This document shows, piece by piece, positions 1-10,186 of a stretch of DNA of 64,000 nt. Source of the stretch: a bacterium (GTDB lineage Bacteria; Fidelibacterota; Fidelibacteria; Fidelibacterales; Fidelibacteraceae); NCBI GenBank assembly GCA_963676395.1, contig OY781066.1, positions 608,001 through 672,000 on the forward strand, written 5' to 3'. Below the pieces are notes generated by a model. It saw nothing but the letters and a program-made list of their open reading frames with translations. It was not told the origin of the DNA and ran no database searches. Both the position numbers and the translations under genes were made by a program. Within the stretch, counting starts at the first letter, position 1; each line of letters starts with the position of its first letter.

Positions 1-91
1 GGAATCAGAAATAAGTTTAATAATCATATTTCAATAAGATGGGGGTTACCTCCCCCCATAGCTTTGATTAATCTTTACAAATTCCACCAAT

Positions 92-121
92 AAAAAAAGC
101 CCGTCAATGACGGGCCTTTTT
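92..121 (-). terminator. Rho-independent terminator after the 142..1548 gene (potentially bidirectional)
   Basis: GCCCGTCA-a-TGACGGGC stem flanked by A7 and a T-tract, about 20 nt past the stop. Confidence 0.85.
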
Positions 122-141
122 ATATCAATTCTTAAAGATAA

Positions 142-1548
142 TTATTTAAGAAGTGAGATCTTTCTTGTAACAGATTCGTCACCAAAAGTCATTTTAACGA
201 TATAGTTACCTGATGAAAGGTTACTACCGTCAAATACAACATCGTAAGAACCAGCAGCCTGGTATTCATTTACGAGTGAAGCAACTTTTTTACCAGCAAG
301 ATCAAAAACATTGATATCAACGATACCGTTGTTTGAAATTGTGTAAGGGATAGTTGCTGAGGGGTTGAATGGGTTAGGATAAGCAAGATCAAGTGTAAAA
401 GTTTTAGGACCTACTAAACCGGCATATTCCCATGTAGCTGTTTTACCTGTACGTGTGAAAAGCTTAGTGGTATAACCATAGAAGTCACATAGATACAGAT
501 ATTCAGTCTGTGTATTAGCATCCCAATAATAATCTACCTGACAAGGTGCTCTCAATACCCATGGTTGTGAATATCCACCATTAGTGAAACGATCAGTAGA
601 ATCAATGGCACCAGTAGCTAGCCAATGATCCCATTGCTGAACAACGGCCATACCCATGTCAATATCAGCCAAAGAAGCGACTGTAGTATCATATAGAGTA
701 CTCATTTTAATTGAATAATCATCTTCAGGATCTAATACATAAATACCATCACGAGAAGATTCACGACTCATTACCCATAGATAATCGTTAGGGCCTGAAG
801 AGACGTACATAATATTACCCATTTCCATGCCAAGATCATCCATCTTCAATGTATCTGACACATAACCATCCTTTGGGGTACCTGAATACTCAATTATATA
901 CTGAGCAGCTAGACCAGGTGACCAAATTTTTGTACCGTCTTCATTTGCAGCCATGTTACGACCACCGCCGCCACCTTGAAGGGTGTCAATAGCGTCAAAA
1001 TCAGAGTTCCAAATAACAACTGTGCTTCCAGTGATCTGTTGTGAGCAATAGTACTGTTCGCCATCATAAGCAAATGCAGCTACACCACCACCAACATTCG
1101 GAAATACTGGATCTGCAGCACCGGGACTCTGAGCAATACATTCATAAGAATCTTGATCAAACACACGAATCATATCATTAGTCCAATCACCAAAAACCAC
1201 ATTACCATCAGCAGTCTTGTCCATAAAACGGCATGTACCCAAAGTATCAGCAACACCATCAGCACCAATGATCTCAGGACCGATTGTATCTATAACCCCG
1301 TAAACAGGATCATAAACCATGATTGCTTTTCTATAACGGTTTGTGTTATAGTAAGATGAAGTAAATACACGACCGTTTCCAGCTACCGCAACACCGTAGG
1401 GTAAGCCAAAGCCAGGTGCATTTACAAAAGTCGTATCATCAGTTCCAATTTTGTTACCACAAATAACTGCGCTATCAAAAGAATATTCAACAGCGAAAGC
1501 GGTTACAGCAAGAACTGAAAACAGAGCAATAATTAACACTTTCTTCAT
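142..1548 (-). CDS. Secreted beta-propeller-like protein with T9SS type A C-terminal sorting domain
   Basis: Sec signal peptide; NHL/YVTN-like repeats (PYGVAVAGNGRVF); tail AYPNPFNPSATIPYTI...VFDLAGKKVASL...LSSGNY...TRKISLLK; AAGGAG RBS. Confidence 0.8.
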   Translation of the reverse strand: MKKVLIIALFSVLAVTAFAVEYSFDSAVICGNKIGTDDTTFVNAPGFGLPYGVAVAGNGRVFTSSYYNTNRYRKAIMVYDPVYGVIDTIGPEIIGADGVADTLGTCRFMDKTADGNVVFGDWTNDMIRVFDQDSYECIAQSPGAADPVFPNVGGGVAAFAYDGEQYYCSQQITGSTVVIWNSDFDAIDTLQGGGGGRNMAANEDGTKIWSPGLAAQYIIEYSGTPKDGYVSDTLKMDDLGMEMGNIMYVSSGPNDYLWVMSRESSRDGIYVLDPEDDYSIKMSTLYDTTVASLADIDMGMAVVQQWDHWLATGAIDSTDRFTNGGYSQPWVLRAPCQVDYYWDANTQTEYLYLCDFYGYTTKLFTRTGKTATWEYAGLVGPKTFTLDLAYPNPFNPSATIPYTISNNGIVDINVFDLAGKKVASLVNEYQAAGSYDVVFDGSNLSSGNYIVKMTFGDESVTRKISLLK

Positions 1549-1600
1549 TTTGTTCTCCTTTTTAGGTTTTACTCAAACTAATTAACATTTAACATAGCAG

Positions 1601-1629
1601 ATATTAAATAATTATTCATCTAGATGCAA
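1601..1629 (-). promoter_or_regulatory. Sigma70-type promoter TTGCAT-N17-TAATAT
   Basis: Exact 17 nt spacer; the same TTGCAT -35 occurs at the tRNA-Phe promoter and at two DUF11-locus promoters. Confidence 0.6.
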
Positions 1630-1691
1630 CATTTTTTAATACTCAATTATAAAATCACACTTAAGAATATATACAAAAAATCGTTTCAATA

Positions 1692-3914
1692 CTAACGGAT
1701 AATAATAAATTTTTTAATTATTGATTCCCCTTTTTTTAACAGAAGTAGACCACTGTTTGGCTCTATAATATTCTTTGTTACCTGAATATGAGCGATATAT
1801 ACACCACTCTTTATAACCTGTCTTGATTCAGTACTACTATACCATGCTTTATCTGCCAATGGAGACATTCCTTCTTGAGTTACATGATCCAATACATCAA
1901 CCAAATCACCACGTTCTGTAAATATACTAATTTTACAATTTTCCGGTAAATTATAGAACATTAGTTTGTCCTTATCTACACCTTTGCCAAAGGTCATCTT
2001 ACGATTCTTAATATTGTATGGATTAGGGACGATTCTAATAATGCCAAGAACAGCATTACTACGCTCCTCATCACTAATCAAACCTGCGTTGTACATTTCA
2101 GCAATATCTGACATTAAAGCGCCATCGTCTGTCAGATCACGTGGTGGTTTCTTTAAAGAAGCCGGAATGGTAGTTTGGGTATAAACTCTACCACTTTCTA
2201 AAATACCAACATCTGGATCAACCACATACGAAACCACATAGTAGTAATAGTTAATTCCGCGTAAAAGCTCAATATCATCATAATAATTTACTACATTCCC
2301 CTCGCTTACAGAACAATCAAAAATACAATGGTAAAATGAGTCCGCTTCTAGCATAGCCCTATAAATACGATATCCTTCGAACCGTGGATCTGTTTCGGCA
2401 TTATCAGCCCATTCAATTTTAATCATATCAGGTTGAGGCATTAGATTAAAACTTAGGGGAGGAGGTGGTGCTTGAGGAATACCATAATTACTTTCAAAAT
2501 TCTCTTTGGCTTTATAAAACGTCTTTATGATAGAATCTTTTCCGGTATACACCCAGGAATCCTTATAAATATCCATCATTGGAGCTTCAGTATCGAGGGG
2601 ATCTACATCATGATATTCAGGTGCAGAAGGTAATTCTAAAATGGGGCTTGCTCCTAAATATGCTTTATACCAATTTTGGCCAACCTCAATCGCTTTTTTT
2701 CTATCTATTCCGGATACACCTTCACAAATAACAACCCTTATGGATTCTCCCATGGGGATTTCATAGGGGCCAAAACTAAGATAACTGTTCGTACCGGCTG
2801 ATGCTCTATCCTTGATAATCGAATATGGTGCTAGTCTATCAGCGATCTTATGTTCAGCATATTCATCTTGTGCCACATCAAAGGTACCAAGATTTTCATA
2901 ATTATTATTCAAAAAATTCCACGCATGCATATCAGCACCTTCCGGGGGAACCGAATCACCTACATACCATCCAAGACGTAGTTTGTTGTTTTTATCATCA
3001 CTTCGATCATCATATGCGGCATCTGCATGTAAAACAGCCATTCCTGCAAATTGTGGTCCGCGTATACGAGCCTCGTCATAAGAACCCTCTGTTGGCAAGA
3101 ATGGAATACCAACATTATCATAACTCATGGTGATATCAACCGTCTTTGCTTGTCCCAACCAAGTGTAAAAATATGGCAGATCGGGATTATTTTGCATGGG
3201 TGTATGATGCACCCATTGATGCGCACCCCAACCGGCCTGTCTTAAATTTGTTACTGTTCTGGCTTCACGACAGGTACAGTATCTTGAAGCCATTCCAAAA
3301 TAAAAATCATGAATGGTTTCATTTAATTCTATTTGTTCATCCCCATCAATATTCCCGGTATTTTCAAATGTATATTCGTAAATAAAATAATTGTCGTTAT
3401 ACTGTTGACTGAAAGCAAGCACTTTTCGAGTCATTTTTATACCTAAACCCGTATGAATAATATTGGTTACTTCCCTATCTGGGATTTGCTCGGGATCAAT
3501 ATTTGTTCCAATATAATCATTGACATATTGAGTTATACCATCAACAGTGATCTGCGTATTGGGATATTTCCCCCATTGTTCTAAGACCATTGGTGTTAAT
3601 TGATCTGGACTACTTGTTGTATGAAATTTTGCCGATTTATATTCTTGAACGTCCCCATTCATGTCTGTAAAATTACGACATGCCATAAACTGTCTATCGA
3701 TCACAAAATTATCTGTTTTATTATACCACGCAGGCCACTGGAGTCCAACATATCTAGATAAATTTGCATCATGTCCTCTTTCCGCGCCCCAAGCATCAAA
3801 TGGAGTCCAGAGAGAACCCACAGTCACCCAGGTTCTATTACTTAAAGGAATAACCGCGAATGCTACACTTATAATAAAAACAAATACTAAAGCAATGAGT
3901 AATTTCTTTTTCAT
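1692..3914 (-). CDS. Large secreted protein with FN3-like domain and VPNPY...IIR T9SS-like tail (paralog of 4747..6969)
   Basis: Start moved to MKKKLLIA (signal peptide); APPPP linker, FEGYRIYRA...YYYYVVSY FN3-like motif; tail IRIVPNPY...SGVYIAH...KKFIIIR. Confidence 0.75.
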   Translation of the reverse strand: MKKKLLIALVFVFIISVAFAVIPLSNRTWVTVGSLWTPFDAWGAERGHDANLSRYVGLQWPAWYNKTDNFVIDRQFMACRNFTDMNGDVQEYKSAKFHTTSSPDQLTPMVLEQWGKYPNTQITVDGITQYVNDYIGTNIDPEQIPDREVTNIIHTGLGIKMTRKVLAFSQQYNDNYFIYEYTFENTGNIDGDEQIELNETIHDFYFGMASRYCTCREARTVTNLRQAGWGAHQWVHHTPMQNNPDLPYFYTWLGQAKTVDITMSYDNVGIPFLPTEGSYDEARIRGPQFAGMAVLHADAAYDDRSDDKNNKLRLGWYVGDSVPPEGADMHAWNFLNNNYENLGTFDVAQDEYAEHKIADRLAPYSIIKDRASAGTNSYLSFGPYEIPMGESIRVVICEGVSGIDRKKAIEVGQNWYKAYLGASPILELPSAPEYHDVDPLDTEAPMMDIYKDSWVYTGKDSIIKTFYKAKENFESNYGIPQAPPPPLSFNLMPQPDMIKIEWADNAETDPRFEGYRIYRAMLEADSFYHCIFDCSVSEGNVVNYYDDIELLRGINYYYYVVSYVVDPDVGILESGRVYTQTTIPASLKKPPRDLTDDGALMSDIAEMYNAGLISDEERSNAVLGIIRIVPNPYNIKNRKMTFGKGVDKDKLMFYNLPENCKISIFTERGDLVDVLDHVTQEGMSPLADKAWYSSTESRQVIKSGVYIAHIQVTKNIIEPNSGLLLLKKGESIIKKFIIIR

Positions 3915-3969
3915 AATGATCTCGTTTCCATTGTGATACAAAAATCATATCGTAAATAAATCGATAAAT

Positions 3970-4002
3970 AAAAAAGGGCCTGTAAAAACAGGCCCTTTTT
4001 TT
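3970..4002 (-). terminator. Rho-independent terminator (bidirectional)
   Basis: AAAAAAGGGCCTGT-aaaa-ACAGGCCCTTTTTT immediately after the 4010 stop. Confidence 0.85.
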
Positions 4003-4009
4003 AAAAACT

Positions 4010-4732
4010 TTACTCAGGTTTTATCATCAGATCTATATATCCGAATTTCCCGGGAGCAATAGCGTTTTGAACATGAATGGTTATCAAAGCATTTACAACT
4101 TCAATTTCCGCGGGGATTACCTTTAATTCGGTTGCACTGGCTTCAACAACTGTACCTAATTGATGGCTGTGTGTTGCCCAATCGGTAATTGAACCATAGG
4201 TAGTGGTTGTCTTTTCTAAGTGAACATAACCAACAGTATCCATTGTATCCATTTGTGTGAATACAGGAGTTGCTTCAATCTTTACGATTGTAATAGCATT
4301 AGTGTCCATTACGGTATAAGCTTCAACACTTACAGCCTCCATTAAAGAATCAATTGTTGAAAAACCATCAATGGTTGTTGTTACATATACCATATAACCT
4401 GATGAACTAACTTCAACTTCTTTTAAAGGAGTTGTTATTGTATAACTACCGTCAACATTTATTGAGTCAATGGTTACTGTTGTATCGCCAATCACGGGTT
4501 CACTAACTTCTGAAAAATATACAAGGTTATAAGCTGTAGAATCAGAAAAATTTGTACCGGTGATCGTTAGTGTATCGCTAGTCCACATTGTCGCTTTATC
4601 AATTGCGGTAATGTTTGGAGTCTTTGCATTTTCGGCATCGGGGTCAATAGGTTTGTATATTGAGGGGGGTACCTCAAAACAGCCGACCAGTAATAACACC
4701 GCGATGAATGCTGGAATTAAGATTTTTTTCAT
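4010..4732 (-). CDS. Lipoprotein with IPT/TIG-like domain
   Basis: Lipobox LLVGC; TPNITAID...DTLTITGTNFS...N.VYF and VVEASATELKV are the two halves of a TIG motif, separated by a Thr/Val-rich insert. Confidence 0.7.
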   Translation of the reverse strand: MKKILIPAFIAVLLLVGCFEVPPSIYKPIDPDAENAKTPNITAIDKATMWTSDTLTITGTNFSDSTAYNLVYFSEVSEPVIGDTTVTIDSINVDGSYTITTPLKEVEVSSSGYMVYVTTTIDGFSTIDSLMEAVSVEAYTVMDTNAITIVKIEATPVFTQMDTMDTVGYVHLEKTTTTYGSITDWATHSHQLGTVVEASATELKVIPAEIEVVNALITIHVQNAIAPGKFGYIDLMIKPE

Positions 4733-4746
4733 TTTAACACCTTTAA

Positions 4747-6969
4747 TTATCTTATGATTATGAATTTTTTAACAATTGACTCACCGGCTTTAAGCAGGGG
4801 AAGTCCTGTTTTTTCTTCTGAAATATCTTTGGTAACCTGAATATGAGCAATATAAACGCCGCTCTTGATCACCTGACGCGAATCGGTAGCACTATACCAA
4901 GCTTTATCAGCAACCGGTGACATACCTTCAGGGGTTACATGATTAAGAATATCTACAAGATCTCCGCGTTCAGTGAATATTCTAATATCACAGTTTTCCG
5001 GTAAATTGTAGAACATTAGCTTATCTTTGTCACTTCCGGTTCCAAAACTCATCTTACGATTTCTAATATTGTATGGATTGGGGACAATTCTAATCATACC
5101 CAAAACTGCATCCGTACGTTCTTCATCAGTAATCTCACCATTCGCGTACATTTTAGCGATATCGGAAAGCAATACATCGTCGTCGGAGACATCTCGTAAT
5201 GGTTTTTTCAATGATGCAGGAATCGTTGTTTGCGTATATGCACGACCACTTTCCAAACCATCACTATCATAAGCAACTATATAATAGTAGTAGTTAATTC
5301 CACGAAGCAATTCAGTATCTTCGTATTTATTTACAACATTACCTTCACTTACATTACAATCGAAGATAGGTGTATAAAACGAATCGGGCTCCAACATTGC
5401 ACGATAGAGACGAAAACCTTCAAAATCCGGAGCTGTCGTTGAGTTATCATCCCATTCCAAAACAACTTTATCAGGTTGTGGTGATACTGAAAATGATAAT
5501 GGAGGTTCAGGGGGTAATTCAATTCCATACCCGCTGTCATAGTTCTCTTTAGCTCTTTGGAATGTTTGAACGATTGAATCTTTACCTGTGTAATGCCATG
5601 TGTTTTTATAAATATCTTTAGCTTCAGCTGTAAATGAAGTTCCTTCAATGGGTGTATCTTGAGCAATGGTACCATCAGGAAGATCCAATGTAACAGAGTT
5701 ACCGTTATATGCTTTATACCATTTTTTACCAATCTCAACGGCTTTTTTACGATCCAAACCCGAAACACCTTCACACATAACAATTTTAATTGATTCACCA
5801 AAAGGAATTTCATAAGGACCAAACGTCATGTATGAATTTGTACCGGCAGAACCTTTATCTTTAATAACACTGTAAGGTGATTGCTTATCGGCGATTTGGT
5901 GGTTTGCATAAACATCTTGAGGAACATCAACGTTTACAAGACCCTCATAATTATCATACAAAAAATTCCAAACGCGTTCATCAGCACCTTCAGGTGGCAC
6001 TGAGTCACCAATGTGCCAACCCATTCTCACTTTGCTATTATCGTTGGTGGAATTACTTGTGGATTCATCCGCATGTAAAACAGCCATACCGGCAAACTGA
6101 GGACAGCGAAGTCTAGCTTCATCTAAACTTCCTTCTGCAGGTAGGAAAGGGGCTCCAATATTATCATAAGTCATAGTAATATCAGATGTTTGCGCTTGTC
6201 CCAGCCAAGTATAGAAGTATGGAATATCCGGGTTGTCAGCCATAGGTGTGTGGTGTACCCATTGATGAGCTCCCCAAGAAGCTTGACGGAGGTTTGTTAC
6301 ATAATACGCTTCTCTTGATGTACAATATCTTGACATCATACCAAAATAAAAATCGTTGATGGTTGAACTCAGCTCTATTGCATCATCGTCGTCAACATTT
6401 CCGGTATTTGTAAAAGTGTATTCATAAATAAAGTAATTATCATGATTTGCCTGACTGAAAGCATAAATCTTTCTAGTCATTTCAACACCCAAACCGGTTC
6501 TAACCACATTGGTTACAACACGATCCGCTGGTGTTTCAGTACCATCATGAAAATTTGAGCCAATATAATCATCAACATATTGAGCGGTGCCATCAACAGT
6601 AATTTCACTATAAGGATATCTTGCAGTCTGTCTTAGCACTTGAGGGACCAACTGATTATTGCTTGCTCCGGTTGAAAATTTAGCTGATTTATAAGGTTCA
6701 ACCGCACCTGAAGCATTTGTAAAATTTCTACATGCCACAAACTGGCGGTCAATCACGAAATTATCGGTTCTACTGTACCATGCCGGCCAAATTAATCCTT
6801 CATAATAGGATCCATTGGAATTCCATCCACGTTCAGCGCCCCAAGCATCAAAGCAGGACTGCAAAGAGCCAACCTTGACCCAAGTACGGTTACTGAGCGG
6901 GATGGCCGAAAAGGCCATGCCGGCTACAAGAACCAATGCTAAAAATACTAATATATGTTTTTTCTTCAT
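4747..6969 (-). CDS. Large secreted protein with FN3-like domain and VPNPY...IIR T9SS-like tail; TBDR partner
   Basis: Signal peptide; colinear over its whole length with 1692..3914; directly downstream of a TBDR. Confidence 0.75.
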   Translation of the reverse strand: MKKKHILVFLALVLVAGMAFSAIPLSNRTWVKVGSLQSCFDAWGAERGWNSNGSYYEGLIWPAWYSRTDNFVIDRQFVACRNFTNASGAVEPYKSAKFSTGASNNQLVPQVLRQTARYPYSEITVDGTAQYVDDYIGSNFHDGTETPADRVVTNVVRTGLGVEMTRKIYAFSQANHDNYFIYEYTFTNTGNVDDDDAIELSSTINDFYFGMMSRYCTSREAYYVTNLRQASWGAHQWVHHTPMADNPDIPYFYTWLGQAQTSDITMTYDNIGAPFLPAEGSLDEARLRCPQFAGMAVLHADESTSNSTNDNSKVRMGWHIGDSVPPEGADERVWNFLYDNYEGLVNVDVPQDVYANHQIADKQSPYSVIKDKGSAGTNSYMTFGPYEIPFGESIKIVMCEGVSGLDRKKAVEIGKKWYKAYNGNSVTLDLPDGTIAQDTPIEGTSFTAEAKDIYKNTWHYTGKDSIVQTFQRAKENYDSGYGIELPPEPPLSFSVSPQPDKVVLEWDDNSTTAPDFEGFRLYRAMLEPDSFYTPIFDCNVSEGNVVNKYEDTELLRGINYYYYIVAYDSDGLESGRAYTQTTIPASLKKPLRDVSDDDVLLSDIAKMYANGEITDEERTDAVLGMIRIVPNPYNIRNRKMSFGTGSDKDKLMFYNLPENCDIRIFTERGDLVDILNHVTPEGMSPVADKAWYSATDSRQVIKSGVYIAHIQVTKDISEEKTGLPLLKAGESIVKKFIIIR

Positions 6970-6990
6970 TTAATTATCCTTGCTATAAGT

Positions 6991-9900
6991 CTAGAAACTG
7001 ACAGACAATCCCAAAGTAAAGGTTCTTGGATACAAGAAAGTCATAGAAGTCAAGTTAGGCATATCAATATATGCTCTTTTATTATATAGGTTTTCTACAA
7101 CATCTTTATCTTGAAGCACAAATTCTGATCCATTCCATCGGTAAAAAGACTCACCTTTATCTATACCATCCGCTTGATTGTGATAAAGAACAGATTCAAG
7201 AGGATCACTCACTGAACTAATGTCGGCATGTGATTCAATCGGAACAAATTCACCATAAGTATTTATATCACCGATCTTATCATTTCCGCGGAAGACTTCA
7301 TTTTCTTCCCAGAACAAGTGTAATGAGTTAATATAACCATCTTGCCAATCAATTGAACCAGTTGCACCAGTAGATGAAAGTGATTTAATATTAAATACAT
7401 TATCAACATCTAAATACAACTTAAAGTTCATATTGCCCATTGAAAGAGTTTTTGAAACTCTCAAGTCACATGACCAGGAATCTTTCCATTCAAAGGGATA
7501 ATAAATAGTATTATCAGCCGGCAAAGTAACTCTAGAATATGAATTTCTGCTAGAGTATCCACCATCGCTCCACTTAGCAAGAATACTTGCTGTCCAGTTA
7601 CCTGAGATCTGAGGGCTCATTCCCCAAAGAGAAAAATCAGCGGGTGTTTTCAGGATCAGGTTAGCACGAGCATAAGGCGAAGGGTATGGATAATTTTCTA
7701 CCGGGTTATCTTTTAGATCTCGTTCTCTTAGCGCAGGATTCGTTAGATATTCTTCTTTATCCATAGGCATACCGAATGCACCTGATCTATAAATTTGGTA
7801 TGTAAAATTCACAAAACCACTTACCCAGCGACCAGATTTCTTAAGTGTTAATTCCAAACCACTTACATCTTTGTACTCACGAGATTCTGCCAAGTAATAA
7901 CTTGTTTGACCTTTACCACTTCCTAGACTGATGTATTTTGTCCAATCTTCTTCATTCTTGGTATCATTATAAAAAGCAGCGATCTTAATCAGATATTGAT
8001 CAAAGAGACTGTGTTCATAACCCAACTCATACATGATTGTTTTTGAAAATGGTAATTCGGGATTACCTAGGTAACGAATATTACCGCCATCACCGTAGCG
8101 ATCCACAAGATACAAATAACGTGCTGTTGGCTGAGTTGAGAAATGTCCATAGTTAAAATACAATTTTGAATTAACTGAAATAGGGTGTGAAATACCAATA
8201 CGGGGGTTTAAGCTATGGACAGCCTTTGTATTACGATAGCTAGCCAATGTATCTAAATCAAAACCATATACTGCATTTAATAATGTATCATATGCTGTAA
8301 GATCATACCAATCGCCGTTCAGGTCATACATATCGTAACGTAAACCGGCATTTACGACCAAACCTTCGAATTCAAGTTTATCAAGAACGTAAGCACCCAA
8401 ACGAATGGGTGTTTGATCCCAGTTATGATAATTTTCCCATGTAGTCATAGGAGCGACCAACCATGAATCAACAACATTATGTGTATACATGAAGTTAAGT
8501 CCGGTTTTGATCTGGCTGTGTCTATTGATCTGATTTTGATAATCGGCTTTAATGGTTGTTGCAGTATTATAACTTCGATCTCTTGCAAAACCGGCCCAAT
8601 CGGTTCTGGCGCCATCAATTAAGCTTGGACTATAACTAATATGATAACCACTGGGATAATCATTCATGATCCAATGATCATATGCACCATAAATATCTTT
8701 GAACATTCTTAGTGTATCAGTAAGGTCCAAAGAATCCATAGGTGTAATACTATAGTTTGTTCTTGTATGATTTACGATCAATTTTGCAAATGATTTTTCA
8801 TTAAATTGATGATTTAATTCTGCTCCATAACCCCAACGTTCAATATCGATCGGATTATTATAGCCATTTTGAAAAACAGCATACGAAGTAGAAGCTAAAT
8901 TCGCAACGCTCCAATCAGAAGAATAATATCCACCGCTTGAAGGACTGTTGTTATTTGTAGTACTAACACCCTGTGTTAAACCATAGTTTCCAGAGAATGT
9001 TAATGTAGTTTTTTTATCAAGATCCATTGTTAAATTGGCACGAAAAGCATCATCATTCAAATTATTTCTGGAAAGAGGGATGATATATGCTCTTTGACTT
9101 CCTCGGTATGATATAAAAAATCTTGTATTCAAAGCCTTCATAATAGGACCGCCAAAACCAACATCAACGATATAATCGGGTGATGTGTGTGATAGTTGAC
9201 GGCGATGTTCGTATTCGTAGATCGCTTTCAACTGCGCCGGTGTCATATCATTACTAGGATCCGCATCTTGCATCAATTGTTGAGATAAGCCATTGTAACC
9301 ACCTTCAAAACCGCGGTACTGTGCTTTTTCATAAATATCCCATGCACTATTATCTGTACCCGTCCAACAAACATCCTCATCAAGATATGATCTATGCCAA
9401 TACCCCATAGGGTCTGCGAGGTCATTTCCAAAGTGTTTAGCTTGAAGGGGTGTATACTTAATATCAAAAGATCCGGTATATTTTTCGCGATCACCTTTTT
9501 TAGTCACAACCGAAACAACACCCGAACGGGCATTGTCATATTCAGCCGAAAAGCCACCCACTTGGACCTGAACTTCCTGAACAGCAGAAATAGGCATAGA
9601 CGTATAAGGAGTATTTGAACGCGAATCATTTGTTGACATTCCATCAACAAGATACGTCATTTCATCTGTATCTCCACCACGAATACTTAATCCGTCAACA
9701 CCGGCCTGGAGTGAAACCGCTTCGGAAATACTTTTTACAGGCATTTCCTTGATCTCATCCTTAGAAATGTTGGTTTGGCTGGAAGAAATATCGGTTCTAA
9801 CGATAGGTCTTTTAGCTACAACAACTACTTCTTCTCCCTTATAAGCTTCAACAGACATAAGGAAGTCAACTTTAGTGTTTAGATCAATCTTTACAATAAT

Positions 9901-10164
9901 ATCATTTTGGACCAGTTTTGCATAACCAACATAGATTGCCGTAACCGTGTAGGTGCCGGGAGTTACATTTAGAATTGTAAAGTAACCGTCTGCATCAGCA
10001 GCAGCGCCTAGAGTTGTCCCTGCAACAAGTACATTTGCACCTGCCAAAGGCTCCTTGGTATCTACATCAATAACACGTCCACTGATCTTACCGGTTGTTG
10101 CCGCTGAAGCGAACATAAATAAACCGGCGAGCAGAATACATAGTATTATTTTTTTAACTTTCAT
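6991..10164 (-). CDS. TonB-dependent receptor
   Basis: N-terminal carboxypeptidase-regulatory-like domain (TTGKISGRV.D..T.EPL.GANV), plug (SIRGG...GGFSAEY..A.SGVVSVVTK), barrel motifs (NPRIGISHPI, YFNYGHF, GNPEL), terminal PR...GLSVSF; start moved to MKVKK. Confidence 0.92.
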   Translation of the reverse strand: MKVKKIILCILLAGLFMFASAATTGKISGRVIDVDTKEPLAGANVLVAGTTLGAAADADGYFTILNVTPGTYTVTAIYVGYAKLVQNDIIVKIDLNTKVDFLMSVEAYKGEEVVVVAKRPIVRTDISSSQTNISKDEIKEMPVKSISEAVSLQAGVDGLSIRGGDTDEMTYLVDGMSTNDSRSNTPYTSMPISAVQEVQVQVGGFSAEYDNARSGVVSVVTKKGDREKYTGSFDIKYTPLQAKHFGNDLADPMGYWHRSYLDEDVCWTGTDNSAWDIYEKAQYRGFEGGYNGLSQQLMQDADPSNDMTPAQLKAIYEYEHRRQLSHTSPDYIVDVGFGGPIMKALNTRFFISYRGSQRAYIIPLSRNNLNDDAFRANLTMDLDKKTTLTFSGNYGLTQGVSTTNNNSPSSGGYYSSDWSVANLASTSYAVFQNGYNNPIDIERWGYGAELNHQFNEKSFAKLIVNHTRTNYSITPMDSLDLTDTLRMFKDIYGAYDHWIMNDYPSGYHISYSPSLIDGARTDWAGFARDRSYNTATTIKADYQNQINRHSQIKTGLNFMYTHNVVDSWLVAPMTTWENYHNWDQTPIRLGAYVLDKLEFEGLVVNAGLRYDMYDLNGDWYDLTAYDTLLNAVYGFDLDTLASYRNTKAVHSLNPRIGISHPISVNSKLYFNYGHFSTQPTARYLYLVDRYGDGGNIRYLGNPELPFSKTIMYELGYEHSLFDQYLIKIAAFYNDTKNEEDWTKYISLGSGKGQTSYYLAESREYKDVSGLELTLKKSGRWVSGFVNFTYQIYRSGAFGMPMDKEEYLTNPALRERDLKDNPVENYPYPSPYARANLILKTPADFSLWGMSPQISGNWTASILAKWSDGGYSSRNSYSRVTLPADNTIYYPFEWKDSWSCDLRVSKTLSMGNMNFKLYLDVDNVFNIKSLSSTGATGSIDWQDGYINSLHLFWEENEVFRGNDKIGDINTYGEFVPIESHADISSVSDPLESVLYHNQADGIDKGESFYRWNGSEFVLQDKDVVENLYNKRAYIDMPNLTSMTFLYPRTFTLGLSVSF

Positions 10165-10186
10165 CGTTTCATCCAATAGTAATTGG

